Of a stretch of DNA of 64,000 nucleotides, positions 11,953 through 23,390 are shown piece after piece (position 1 is the stretch's first letter; each line of letters opens with the position of its first letter). The translations under genes and the position numbers were made by a program. Source of the DNA: Octopus sinensis (taxonomy: Eukaryota); the NCBI RefSeq assembly GCF_006345805.1, contig NC_043003.1, positions 114,886,001 to 114,950,000 on the forward strand, in the 5' to 3' direction. The notes under the pieces are model-generated. The model saw only the letters and a program-made list of their open reading frames with translations, was not told the origin of the DNA and did not search any database.

Positions 11953-12165
11953 TTGCAGTTCCAGTTGTTATTTATATCAACAATGTGCTGGAGAGAATAC
12001 CAGCGACGTAAAGAAAATTGAGAGAAAAATATCCAAACTGCTGTTACCCAAAAGTAGGCGTGGATCGTCCTCACCTACCCAGAGCGCAAGGAGGTCGAAG
12101 CTTGGTCCAATTTGAACTGTCTTACAAAACCATTGCAGTTGGACTCGCTAAATATCATGAGACAA
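11952..12165 (+). mobile_element. Dong RT-thumb fragment duplicated from 12990-13220
   Basis: About 210 bp near-identical to 12990-13220. Encodes PKVGVDRPHLPRAQGGRSLVQFELSYKTIAVGL. Confidence 0.8.
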
Positions 12166-12259
<94 letters not shown>

Positions 12260-12260
12260 A
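12165..12260. repeat. (TTA)n microsatellite
   Basis: Direct reading. Confidence 0.97.
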
Positions 12261-12650
12261 GAAATATCTAAGCTTATTGTGATGGGCATGATGGAAAGTA
12301 CCAGCTGTCACCAGCCAGCGGACTAAGATGACAGTTGTTTACTGGTCATGCTTTGAACCCTGTGAAGAATTCTTGCAGTTCCAAGATTTTTGTAGGTGTT
12401 CTACCTTCACACTTGCACTAATCTTTTTCAACCGTGTTGGTAGTGGAATGCTGATACTTCCAAGTATACTAATTACTATTGGTATCGCGTCTACCCTCCT
12501 CATTAACCACAACATTCGTATTTCCAACTTCAAATTGTCATAGTTGTTTATTTTTTCCTTCTTCTTCTTTCACATTGATCCCGTTGTCACCAGGGCATGC
12601 TATGTCGATTATTATACATGTTCTATCTTTCTTCTTCACCCCAACAATGT
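12261..12650 (-). mobile_element. R4/Dong 3' fragment (subfamily C)
   Basis: ORF 12339-12533 KLEIRMLWLMRRVDAIPIVISILGSIS...VKVEHLQKS matches the RLE C-terminus. The sense-strand 3' end abuts (TAA)n. Confidence 0.75.
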
Positions 12651-12799
12651 CCGGTTTCCTATGTCTGGTCAGTTGATCGCACTAGATCATTAAATCCCAC
12701 AGCAACAACAACAACAACAACAATAATAATAATAATGGTTGGTCTTGATAAGTGTGTCGTTGCCACTTTCCAGAAAAAGAAATTGAAGACCACAAATTC

Positions 12800-13890
12800 A
12801 ATCATGTTGGCACAGTTATGAAAGGAACTTGAGCAGGAACAAACTGAGAAACACTTTGGAATTATTGTCATCTCTGCCCTTCAGTATGCAAGCATTAAAG
12901 AGAAGATCAGGAAGGAATGATATAGATAGGTTCGAGCAGACCTGAAATCTGAGCTAAATGCACGTAAGAAGGTGTTAGCCATAAATTCTTTTGCAGTTCA
13001 GGTTGTTATTTATATATATCTACAATGTGCTGAAGAGAATACCAGCGACGTAAAGAAAATTGAGAGAAAAATATCCAAACTGTTGTGTAATAAGATGCAC
13101 ACCCAAAAGTAGACGTCGATCGTCCTCACCTACCCAGAGCGCAAGGAAATCGAAGCTTGGTCCAATTTGAACTGTCTTACAAAACCATTGCCGTAGGACT
13201 CGCTAAATATCATGAGACAACTGGATGCTAAACTCGTTAAATATCACTAGAGGCGTAAAAAGCTTCATTCTGTCATAGAGGGGAGCAAAATTTATGATGC
13301 TGATTTCATGCATGATAATCAGGTTGGAAAGCCTGAGGAAATTGCGACAAATGTTTTTGAAAAGAAGGTGAAATCGATAGCAAAGAAAACAGCGCTCCAA
13401 CAATTGGCTGATTATTGAGAGAAGAAACCACTCCACGGTAACTATGTAGTCCATAGCTCACTCATTAGTAGCTACAGATTTGAGGGAAAAAGGCAGAGAG
13501 CGAAGGCTTTATATTACCTTTGGAGTAGAGCCAAAATGCCGAATCTAGACATGACAGAGTGGGCCAATATCTACGCTGGATAATATGTCGGCATTATTAA
13601 TCAAAACTGCTGAGAAATGGTACAAGCACCACCCTGAGGCTGCAACTGAGGGAGAAAATGTAATGAATCTTTGGGACGTTCCAGTAATTGAAGACAAGAG
13701 CATCATCGCTAATAAACAAGACTTTATGGTGAAAGGCCAAATTGATTGACATGAGAATAAGGGTTATGACTTTTTGATTGTTTTTGGAAGTGAACAAATT
13801 CCTTCTCGAAAAATAAGGGATGATACCTTAATTCACTGGTAGTGAACAGTTGGTACCGTAGTACTCTCTAGCTTCTATCGCTGGAGATTT
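12800..13890 (+). mobile_element. Decayed R4/Dong copy (RT end to 3' UTR, subfamily B-type 3' end)
   Basis: Pieces translate as IKEKIRKE...LKSELNARK..AINS.AV, EKKPLHGNY and EKWYKHHPEA..EGENV..LWDVPV. The 3' UTR at 13805-13875 matches the reverse complement of 55545-55615. Confidence 0.75.
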
Positions 13891-13920
13891 ACTATTATTT
13901 ATTATTATTATTATTATCAT

Positions 13921-16900
13921 TCAGTAGTTTTATTTTTATAGCGTGCTTTCACTTCACTACCGAGCGCAGCTCTGTGTGCCTTGGGTATGTGCTGTGATTT
14001 GTTGTGATGCTCTGATGGTTATTGTATGGAAAGTGTTCTGCGTAGGATGTGTGCAGTGCCTAGTAGTGCAATTTTCTGTATGTTATATGTGTTTGTAAGT
14101 CCTGGTGTTTTTGTTATGTATTTGTCTGAATATTTTTTTTATCATGCCTAATGCCCCTACTATGATAGGAATTGTTTCTGTTTTCAGGTTCCACATTCTA
14201 GTTACCTCTATTTCCAGGTCTTTGTATTTTGAGAGTTTCTCCATTTCTTTTAGAGACACGTTGTCATCTGCCGGTATTGATACATCAATTAGAAAGCATT
14301 TTTTTTCTTCATGATCTCTGACAACTATATCTGGTCTGTTGGCTTTAATTTCTATCTGTGTGTATCGGCATATCCCAGAGTATGGTTGCTTTCTCGTTTT
14401 CTTGTGACCTTTTCTGGTGTGTGTCTATACCATCTTTTTTCTGTTGTTATTCCATAATGTTGGCATAGCTTCCAATGTATGTAGGTTCCAACTCTGTCAT
14501 GTCTGTGAATATATTCCTTCTTAGCCAGGACTGGGCAGCTAGAGATAATATGATTTATTGTTTCTTGTCCATCTCCACATATTCTGCAGTTACTTGTAAT
14601 ATTTCTTTTCATTACATGTTTTTGGTAATTTCTGGTGGGGAGGCTTTGGTCTTGTGCTGCAATTAAAAATCCTCTGTTTCTGCTTTGAGTCCTGAGCTTC
14701 TCAACCATTGCTGGGATTTTTCTTTGTCTATTTCTTTTGCGTTTAGTTTAGTGCAGTATTTACCATGAAGGGGTTTTTCTTGCCATCGTTTTATCATGGC
14801 TCGTTGCTGTTCTATTTTTAGTTTGGATTTCATTTGTTTTATAGCTTTTGTTGTTTCTTCATCATCTTCTTCTTCTTTGTGTTTATTAGGTGGTATGATT
14901 TCTTGTTTGTATTTGTCAGCTTCCTTAAATACTGAGAACAGTTTTTTGTTTTGCTCGTGTTTTGCTGCTATCTGGATCAGTTTTCCTTCCTTCTGAAGTA
15001 GGTTTTTTTGCAGTCCTATGGTGGTTATTTTATAGTAGTTTTCCAGCTGTATAAGGCCTCTACCACCTTCTATACGTTGTATATATAGTCTTTCTATGTC
15101 AGATTTTGGGTGATGCATCCTAGATCCTGTCAGTATTTTTTTTGTTTTCCTATCTATTTTGGACAGTTCATTTCGTGTCCAGTTAAGGATATTGTAGCTG
15201 TAACTTATAACTGGGACAGCTAAAGTGTTGATACCTATTATCTTGTTTTTAGCATTGAGCTCTGTTTTTAGTATTGATCTAACTCGTCTATAATATTCTT
15301 TTTTTATTTTCTCTTTCATTTGTGTGTGTTGTGTCTTATCTAGTTCATGGATTCCTAAGTATTGTAAGTTTGGCTTTGGTCTAATTCTTTTATTTCATTA
15401 GTTTTATCTAGTGTGATGTTGTTACTCTTAACTAGTTTTCCTCTTTTCATGGTTACTTTGGCGCATTTTTCTAATCCAAATTTCATATCTATTTCTTGGT
15501 AAATCCATGAACTGTCTTTAATAGTGTTTCCAGCTGTTTGTCATTTGCAGCGTATAGTTTTAGGTCATCCATATAAAAGGTGGCTGATCGTTTTGCCGTA
15601 ACATTTATATCCGCATCCAGTTCTATTTAGCATATCATATAGAGGTGACAGTGCCAAGCAGAAAAGGAGTGGAGAGAGCGTGTCTCCCTGGAATATTCCT
15701 CTTCTAATGGGGATGTCTTTGGTTTTCATGAGTCCCTCTTTTGTTTGGAGGTGTAGGACTGTTTGCCATTTATTCATAGAGTGCTCTATGAATTTTATGA
15801 TTGTTGGTGCTACTTTGTTAATGGCTAGTGTTTCGAGGATCCATGTGTGGGGGATGCTATCAAACGCCTTTTTGTAGTCAATCCAGGCCATACTGAGGCC
15901 TTTCTTCTTCTTCTGTGGCTGTCTTCAGTTACGGCTTTATTAATCATTAGTTGATCTTTACAGCCATATGAGCCCTTGCGGCATCCTTTCTGCTCTTCTG
16001 GGAACAGTTTGTTTTCGTCCAGGTGCTTGTTCAGCCTTTGCGATATCACTGCAGTAAATCCCTTGAACATAGTAGGGAGGCAGGTTATTGGTCTGTAGTT
16101 TTCTGGTTTTGTTGTTTCATTTGATTTGGGAATTAAGATGGTTTTTCCCCTTCGTGAGCCATTCAGGCATTGTCTCTGGCTCTGCTAGTATGCTGTTAAA
16201 GTTTTCAGCCAGCTTTTTGTGCATTCCTGTTAGATATTTCAACCAGAAGTTGGGGATCTTGTCATGCCCAGGTGCCTTCCAGTTGCTTAGTTTTTGCAGT
16301 GCCTGGGTGACCTCTTCAGTTGTTATGGGGGTCCAAAGTTGTTCAGATGCCGAGTTTGTTATTTTCATACTCCTTTTTTTTGGCTGTTCGTTCGCCGACC
16401 ATATTTCTTTCCAGAATTCTTCCAATTCTTCTGCCGTTGGTGCTGCAGTGACTTCTATTTTATTTTTGCCCAGTTCTTGGTAGAACTTTTTGGGGTCGGA
16501 GTTGAACTTTTTGTTCTGTTCAAAGAAGCGTTGGCGTTTCTCGTACCGGCGGATCCTTTGAGCTTTGGCAAGGATATCTTGCTTCAGCTTTTCTTTTATC
16601 TCCGGCAAATCTTTTTCTGTGATGTTATATTTGCGGTGCATTTTGTTTCTTTTTTTTTGCTCAGTAGCGTTGCTTGTTTGCTGATTTCATTAAGAATCGA
16701 TAGGTCTTTTCTAATTTTTTTAATTTTGTTTTGGATGTTATTTATCCACAGGGTTTGTTTGGGTGGTGGTACTCCTGTTTGGGTGGGTTTGGGTGAGTAT
16801 CCAGCTTCTTTTGTGGCTGCAGTGGCTGCTGCGTATATCAGGTCATTTAGTTCAGTGATATCACTTTTTTTTGTTTCAGTGGCTAGTTCAGTGATGGCTA

Positions 16901-17870
16901 GGTTATGTTTGTTTATAATTGGTGTTGTTATTGCGTTTATTTTTATTCCTGGGAGGTATGGTCGGTGGTCCATTTTGAGCTCTGTGGTTTTAGTTCTTTG
17001 ATTTTTTTATTTTTTATATTATCATAATCATTAGGCTCCCCTTCGTTGTTTACATCGTGTTTGTTGGGAATGTTGCGTTTGTCTTCGTGTTTTACAGTTT
17101 CAGTGTTTATATTATGGGCATTGTTTGTGTGCTTCTATCTACATTTTCCGGTGTATTTTTTCTTTTAAATGTTCTATTTCTATTTCTGATATTTTTTTGG
17201 CTTTGAGAATGTATCTTCGTACGTTAGCTAATTTATTAGGGTTCATTGTTGTATCCAAGTCTATATCTCTATTAATTTCCTTCCATATTTTATATGTATG
17301 TGTTGTTGTATTTTCATTTTGTGGGTAGAGCATTGCTGTGAAGTATGCGTGTAAGATAGAAATGTATTCCTCACGTGTCCATTAACGTCTTTTGGGTTTC
17401 AATTGCGGGACATGAGGTACAACGTCCGGCCCATTATTTTGACGGTCGTCATTTTCGTAGGGTACCGGTCCGTTTATTTCTGTTGTCACATTATTTCGCA
17501 CGTGTAGTTTTTCGTACATTTTTTGTTGTAGGTTTAATGTACGTACCGTTCGATGTTATTCTGGGTTGAATAGTATCGGTGGCATTTAATTTCTTCGTAG
17601 TTCCTTTGTACATGGTGTTTGAGGTCGGGGATGATCGTGTTGTTCCACGCATGTTTACATGTGTTGTGTGTTAGAGGTGGAGATAATATCGAGTCAAAAT
17701 ACATCATTTCGTTTCGAAAATAGTAATAAATTTCAATTCGTATTACTTACTCGGATATAGTCCAATTTTTGTTAGTAAATCTTTGGCTCCATAGGGTGTC
17801 CTTGTTTTCGATGTTGGATAGAGATTTCGGAGCTCTGTATTTTTTCTTACATCTTAAACGTCCCCGGTGT
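13921..17870 (-). mobile_element. Near full-length R4/Dong non-LTR retrotransposon (subfamily D), single ORF disrupted by frameshifts
   Basis: In order: N-terminal KRR*WTREEYISILHAYF motif, RT (KAPGHDKIPNFWLK; NYRPITCLPT; EQKGCRKGSYGCKDQL; WIDYKKAFDSIPH; GIFQGDTLSPLLF; HLLY[M]DDLKLY), CCHC finger (CRICGDGQETINHIISSC), RHD motif, RLE, stop at ~14019, ~100 bp 3' UTR, then (TAA)n. The 5' end abuts (GAA)n. Confidence 0.95.
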
Positions 17871-17983
17871 CTTCTTCTTCTCTTCTTCTTCTTCTTCTTC
17901 TTCTTCTTCTTCTTCTTCTTCTTCTTCTTCTTCTTCTTCTTCTTCTTCTTCTTTCTTCTTCTCTTCTTCTTCTTCTTCTTCTT

Positions 17984-18014
<31 letters not shown>

Positions 18015-18062
18015 TATTATTATTATGATTATTATTATTATATTATTATTATTATTATATTA
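17870..18062. repeat. (TTC)n followed by (TTA)n
   Basis: Direct reading. Forms the 5' flank of the Dong element. Confidence 0.95.
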
Positions 18063-18092
18063 TAAGTGCAAAGACAATAAATAATAATGATA

Positions 18093-18600
18093 AATACCCT
18101 GATGCAGTATCAGGCAATGGCTCTCATGAATACTCATCTCAAATGATTGGAAATGCTTTCATCTACATTGTTTTGTCTTGGGATAAAAGATGGTTTACAG
18201 CAAATGCTCTGCTCAATACCACAGATTTGCTCGCCAGCCGTTTGACCATAATCAGTTGAGCATGTCCCTTAGTGGCTGACGATATGTGCATCTCTGATCA
18301 TAAGCAGAAGTGGTGGGGGAACATCGTAGCCGTGTGTTGAGAGGAATTCTATGGGGTTTGAATAATTCACCTTTGGGATCATGGGCGTTTCGATCAGCAT
18401 CGTTAAACAACCTTTATTCAGGGACATTTTGATTGCGATGGGCTACTGGACCTGATAGAAATTCTAACTGGGCGCCAACTGTAATGTCATGCACTGATAA
18501 TCTTGATATCATATCACCATGTCGCGCACATATGTATGTAGGTGATATACCTTTATCAGGCGTGTAGTCATGATGGGTAACCAGGGCTTCGAATAATGCT
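18093..18600 (+). mobile_element. Family E element, older copy lacking the last ~45 bp
   Basis: AAATACCCTGATGCAGTATCAGGCAATGGCTCTC...GTCCCTTAGTGGCTGACGATATGTGCATCTCTGATC matches the other copies. Confidence 0.8.
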
Positions 18601-18714
18601 TTTCTACACGGAATTTTTTCAAACGGACAAAACCCTTTGTAACTTTCGTCCTGTGTTTTGTCCCTTTATGTTTTAATTCATTATTGTTAGCCCTTGTGGC
18701 CAATAAACGAATTA

Positions 18715-18732
18715 ATTATTATCATTATTATC

Positions 18733-18795
<63 letters not shown>
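18715..18795. repeat. (TTA)n microsatellite
   Basis: Direct reading. Confidence 0.95.
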
Positions 18796-19104
18796 GTTTC
18801 TTTCGTTATTAGAAAACGATAATAAAATCTAGATAAAAAAAAAAAGAAATCGGAGATTCATATGAGCAACAGAATCTATAAAAATAACAAGAGCAAAACA
18901 CCGACAATAATATGTATAATATGAAACTGGTTCACCAAGATGATAGAGAGAGGGACCCGAGAGGAAAGCCAGTAATTTTATTCACAACAATATCTTGAAT
19001 TGCTTCTTAATATGTTGAAAATTTCAACGTTTTCTTGGAGAAGCCACCTGGGTATAATTTATTAATTTTTATTAATATTTGGGTATGGATTTCATAGAAT
19101 AACT

Positions 19105-19565
19105 TTCGCAAATAATCTCTTCTTCTTCTTCTTCTTCTTCTTCTTCTTCTTCTTCTTCTTCTATTCCATCTTCTTCTATTCCTTTTCTCTTCTCTTCTTC
19201 TTCTTCTTCTTCTTCTTCTTCTTCTTCTTCTTCTCTTCTTCTTCTTCTTCTGCTTCTTCTTCTTCTTCTTCTGCTTCTTCTTCTTCTTCTTCTGCTTCTT
19301 TTCCTTCTTCTTCTTCTATTCCATCTTCTTCTTCTATTCCTTCTTCTTCTCCTTCATCCTTTTCTCTTCTTCTTTTCCTTTTTCTTCTTCATTCTCCTTC
19401 TTTCTTTCCCTCACCGACCACATACTCCTAACTACTTCTGCTCCTCCTTCTGCTCCTCCCCTCCTCCTCCCCTACCCTTCCTCCCTCCCCTCCTCCCCCC
19501 CCTCCTCCTCCTCCTCCTACTACTACTACTACTACTCTACTACTACTACTACTACTACTACTACG
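19105..19565. repeat. (TTC)n / (CCT)n / (ACT)n low-complexity tract
   Basis: Direct reading. Confidence 0.92.
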
Positions 19566-19734
19566 CACTTTCACACATTTTCTTGTATTACATGCAATCC
19601 TAATTATCGAATAAATTTGGCCAGCGAGTTTAATATACATATTCCCAGCTGTATCATGAATAGCTAAGCGCACCGGTACACCTCGAAACCTTCCCTGCAC
19701 AGGACCATATAAAGACTCCTGTCGATACAAGAGC

Positions 19735-20040
19735 ACATGCATACATGCGTACATTCACACACGCATACTAATACATACGTACATACACTCATACATACAT
19801 TCATACATACATTCATACATACATACATTCATACATACATTCATACACACATACATTCATACATACATGCATTCATACATGCATTCCTACATACATATAT
19901 ACATACATATATACATACATACACACACACATACATACATACATATATACATACATATATATATACATACATACACACATTCATACATACATTCATACAT
20001 ACATGCATATACATACATACATACATACATACATACATAC

Positions 20041-20076
<36 letters not shown>

Positions 20077-20080
20077 CTTG
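19735..20080. repeat. (ATAC)n microsatellite
   Basis: Direct reading. Source of the HTYI / MYVC ORFs. Confidence 0.92.
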
Positions 20081-20453
20081 CAGGGACATAAGTTTCTACA
20101 TTTCATAATAAATTTAAATATAAAAAATAAATTTCTATAAATATTTAATGCAGTAGAAACTTATTAAATAATTTTCATTTTATTTGAACGAGATATATAT
20201 TCCGGAGAAACTTTATATGCTAATGTATATTTTTAGGAATATTGTATTTTCCTATGAAGCATGCGCGTGGAGTATGTTATACATATACATACACACATAC
20301 ATACATACATTTTTCTCTTTTACATGTTTTGTTACTAGCCTGCGGCTATGCTGGAGCACATACGTCCTTCTATACAGATAAACATCTATCAAACTATCTA
20401 TAGCTTTATATATGTGTGTGTGTACGTGTGCGTATTGATCTATCTAATATATG

Positions 20454-20486
<33 letters not shown>

Positions 20487-20537
20487 GTATATATGTATAT
20501 GTATATATAATCAAAATAAGCAACAAGAATAACTTCG

Positions 20538-20632
20538 GTAATTTGGTACGATCGTTTCACGCTACATCATTTTATTAAATGTTGTAAGTATTACATCAGT
20601 TTTAAAATGTTGAGCAATCATCAGCCATTAAT
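20538..20632 (-). ncRNA. Mirror-image hammerhead ribozyme motif on the left arm
   Basis: Reverse complement of the motif at 20739-20831. TCATCAG at 20618-20624 and GTTTC at 20554-20558. Confidence 0.72.
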
Positions 20633-20738
20633 AGAGGTTTTCCATTAATACATAATATAGACATCTTTGTCTATATATCTACCTTCTCTATAACGTTATC
20701 AATTGATATGAAAATTACGTATTAATGGAAAATCTCTA

Positions 20739-20831
20739 TTAATGGCTGATGATTGCTCAACATTTTAAAACTGGTGTAATACTTACAACATTTAATAAAA
20801 TGATGTAGCGTGAAACGATCGTACCAAATTA
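20739..20831 (+). ncRNA. Type I hammerhead ribozyme motif with extended stem II
   Basis: TAATGG CTGATGA (20746-20752), then a ~59 nt stem II (TGCTCAACATTTTA...TAAAATGATGTAGCG), GAAA, palindromic stem III ACGATCGT, predicted GUA cleavage site, and CCAAATTA pairing back as stem I. Confidence 0.75.
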
Positions 20832-21244
20832 CCGAAGTTATTCTTGTTGCCTATTTTGATTATAATCACCCCATAGATTTATATGGATAACACCATGCAA
20901 AATTCTGGTGCATCTAACTTAAGTAGCATATTCATTTGAATCTAAATTTTGCTGAACTTATATGTATATATATATATATTAGATAGATAAAAAGAAAGAT
21001 ACATATATACATACATAGTTGGCCAAAAGTTACCTGACAGTAAGCCAAAACTACTTCCAAGATTTATCTATGTTTATCAATTGAATGAATTCAATAAAAG
21101 CATCAGAATACGAAACATCATGGAAAATGTTCAAACTGAAGTTCTTCTTGAGGAACACATTTTGCCATTCAAGTCAATACAGTATAACAGATAGCATTTA
21201 TGGAATTTTGATTTACTGTCGGGTCACCTGTGGCCAACCCTATA

Positions 21245-21332
21245 TGTTTGTATATATATTATATATATATTATATAATATATATATATATATATTATATA
21301 TATATATATAATATATATATATATATACACAC

Positions 21333-21396
<64 letters not shown>

Positions 21397-21421
21397 ATAT
21401 ATATATATATATATTATAATA

Positions 21422-21480
<59 letters not shown>

Positions 21481-21488
21481 ATATATAT

Positions 21489-21536
<48 letters not shown>

Positions 21537-21537
21537 G

Positions 21538-21618
<81 letters not shown>

Positions 21619-21633
21619 ATATATTATATATAT
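21245..21633. repeat. Long interrupted (TA)n tract
   Basis: Direct reading. Confidence 0.97.
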
Positions 21634-21634
21634 A

Positions 21635-21850
21635 CTCTTTTACCTTTATATTTGTTTCGGTCATTTGACTGCTACCATAATGGATCACTGCTTTTAGTCG
21701 AACAAATAGGTCCCAGAACTTATTTTTGTAACCCTAGTACTTATTCTATCGGTCGCTTTTGCCGAGCGGCTAAGTTACAGAGACCAGTAAATAGGCCAGC
21801 ATTGGTTGTAAGGCGATGGGGGAGGGACAAACACAGACACACAAACATGT
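21635..21850 (-). mobile_element. SINE family A, 3' half
   Basis: Matches the family A tail and body up to its internal microsatellite. The probable 5' half is at 23105-23233. Confidence 0.8.
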
Positions 21851-21852
21851 AC

Positions 21853-21893
<41 letters not shown>

Positions 21894-21896
21894 TAT

Positions 21897-22080
21897 ACCG
21901 GAGTAAACACATAAATGTGAAACAAGGTTGAAAAAAGAGTACTCAAATACCAGAGGTAGAGTAATGTACTTTATTTAAAGCAGCAGAAATTCATCAAAAG
22001 CTGTTACTCGGAGTTTCACGAACGGCAACGTGAAATTCCGAGTAACAGCTTTGTTGAATTTTTGCTGCTTTAAAAAAGTA
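21897..22080. mobile_element. Penelope-like mini-element folded back within its hammerhead
   Basis: 21897-22020 is homologous to 58918-59045. AAAGCAGCAGAAATTCATCAAAAGCTGTTACTCGGAGTTTCACG is mirrored by CGTGAAATTCCGAGTAACAGCTTTGTTGAATTTTGCTGCTTT. (TA)n on both sides. Confidence 0.8.
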
Positions 22081-22085
22081 GTATA

Positions 22086-22149
<64 letters not shown>

Positions 22150-22280
22150 AATTTAACAATTAAGGATAACTTCTAATAAGGAATCTTAACAAGAGATTAT
22201 CAGGTAGTTAGCGTGAAAAACATCATAAGAGAAAAAAATTCGAAAATATTTTTTTCCTTTTGAAAATATTAATTATATTG

Positions 22281-22411
22281 TATAGAGGGCATTATTACAC
22301 ATAACTGCCTCAGACTAAGAGGGACATAAGTCATTACTACCATATGTATGTATGTATATATATATTACTACCATATGTATGTATGTATATATGTATCTTT
22401 CTATCTATCTA

Positions 22412-22451
<40 letters not shown>

Positions 22452-22526
22452 GGGTTCAGCAAAATGGTAGTAATGACTTATGTCCCTCTGAGTGTGAGGC
22501 ATTTATGTGTAATAATTCCCTCTATA
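22281..22526. mobile_element. Inverted ~63 bp arms flanking a TA-rich spacer
   Basis: 22281-22343 is an imperfect reverse complement of 22464-22526. Confidence 0.7.
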
Positions 22527-23104
22527 CATATAAAATAATATATATATATATTATATATAATATATAAATATATATATATAAAGCAAGTAAGTAACAATCA
22601 TGTCCAGTAATCAATGCGTTACAGCCGTTTTAAGCGGCTCCATTTAATCGATCAAGGAAAACATTACGTCAATTTGAAATTCACCGCATTTAGAAATAGG
22701 GCCATATAGATTTCCAAAATACAGAATACACCATTATAAATTTTTAGCAAATTTTCAACAGTACTATAGACTAAAATAATTACATTCCTTCTCCTTGCTA
22801 TTTTTGTGGCAAAATGAATCGAGAGAAAAAATACCGAAAGCGTACTATAATGTAGAGTGGCAGCAGAAAATAATGGCTGTCAAGAAAGAGGAATGGTGAT
22901 ATAGTTCCATTCATGTTTATACTTATCACATTCAAAAGCCTCAATCCAGCATGTTGTCTACAACTCCTTAGAATTAAATCCAATGGGAATAGACATTTAA
23001 GTTCGTGTTGGTGGTAATAAATTAATTGACGTCATATACTTGAGCTGTGTGGATCATACCGGAGTGACTTGGATTTAATTCAACTGAATCTTAATTATCT
23101 ATTT

Positions 23105-23233
23105 ATATACAACGAGCGTCTTTCAGTTTCCGTCTACCAAATTCACTCACAAGGCTTTGGTCGACTCGAGACTATACAAGGCACTTGCCAAAGGTGCCAC
23201 GCAGCTACAACCACACAGCCAATCCTGCGCCTA
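23105..23233 (-). mobile_element. SINE family A, 5' half (decayed)
   Basis: CTTTCAGTTTCCGTCTACCAAATTCACTCACAAGGCTTTGG...ACCACACAGCCAATCCTGCGCCT. Confidence 0.8.
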
Positions 23234-23239
23234 TATATA

Positions 23240-23390
23240 AAGGCGGCGAGCTGGCAGAAACGTTAGGGACCCGAGAGGAAAGCCAGTAATTTTATTCACA
23301 ACAATATCTTGAGATTAATTCTCCGTCGAAATATTTCGCAACGCGTTGCTATCTGTTACGTTTTCTTTCCAGTGCCGCAACGTCGAATCC
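23240..23390 (+). mobile_element. Decayed SINE family D 5' part, interrupted by a 48-bp foreign segment
   Basis: AAGGCGGCGAGCTGGCAGAAACGTTAG head. 23265-23312 is identical to 18951-18998. Confidence 0.6.

Larger units (their letters stand above)
20506..20864. mobile_element. Fold-back element with ~146 bp arms and a ~67 bp spacer, Penelope terminal-repeat-like
   Basis: 20506-20651 is the reverse complement of 20719-20864 with about 3 mismatches seen. The left end abuts a TA-rich tract. Each arm carries a hammerhead motif. Confidence 0.85.

Noticed and set aside
17760-17870. HDV-like ribozyme at the 5' end of the Dong element
   Set aside because: I could not place P1, P2, P3 and P1.1 in the required order by eye. 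A descriptor search would be needed.
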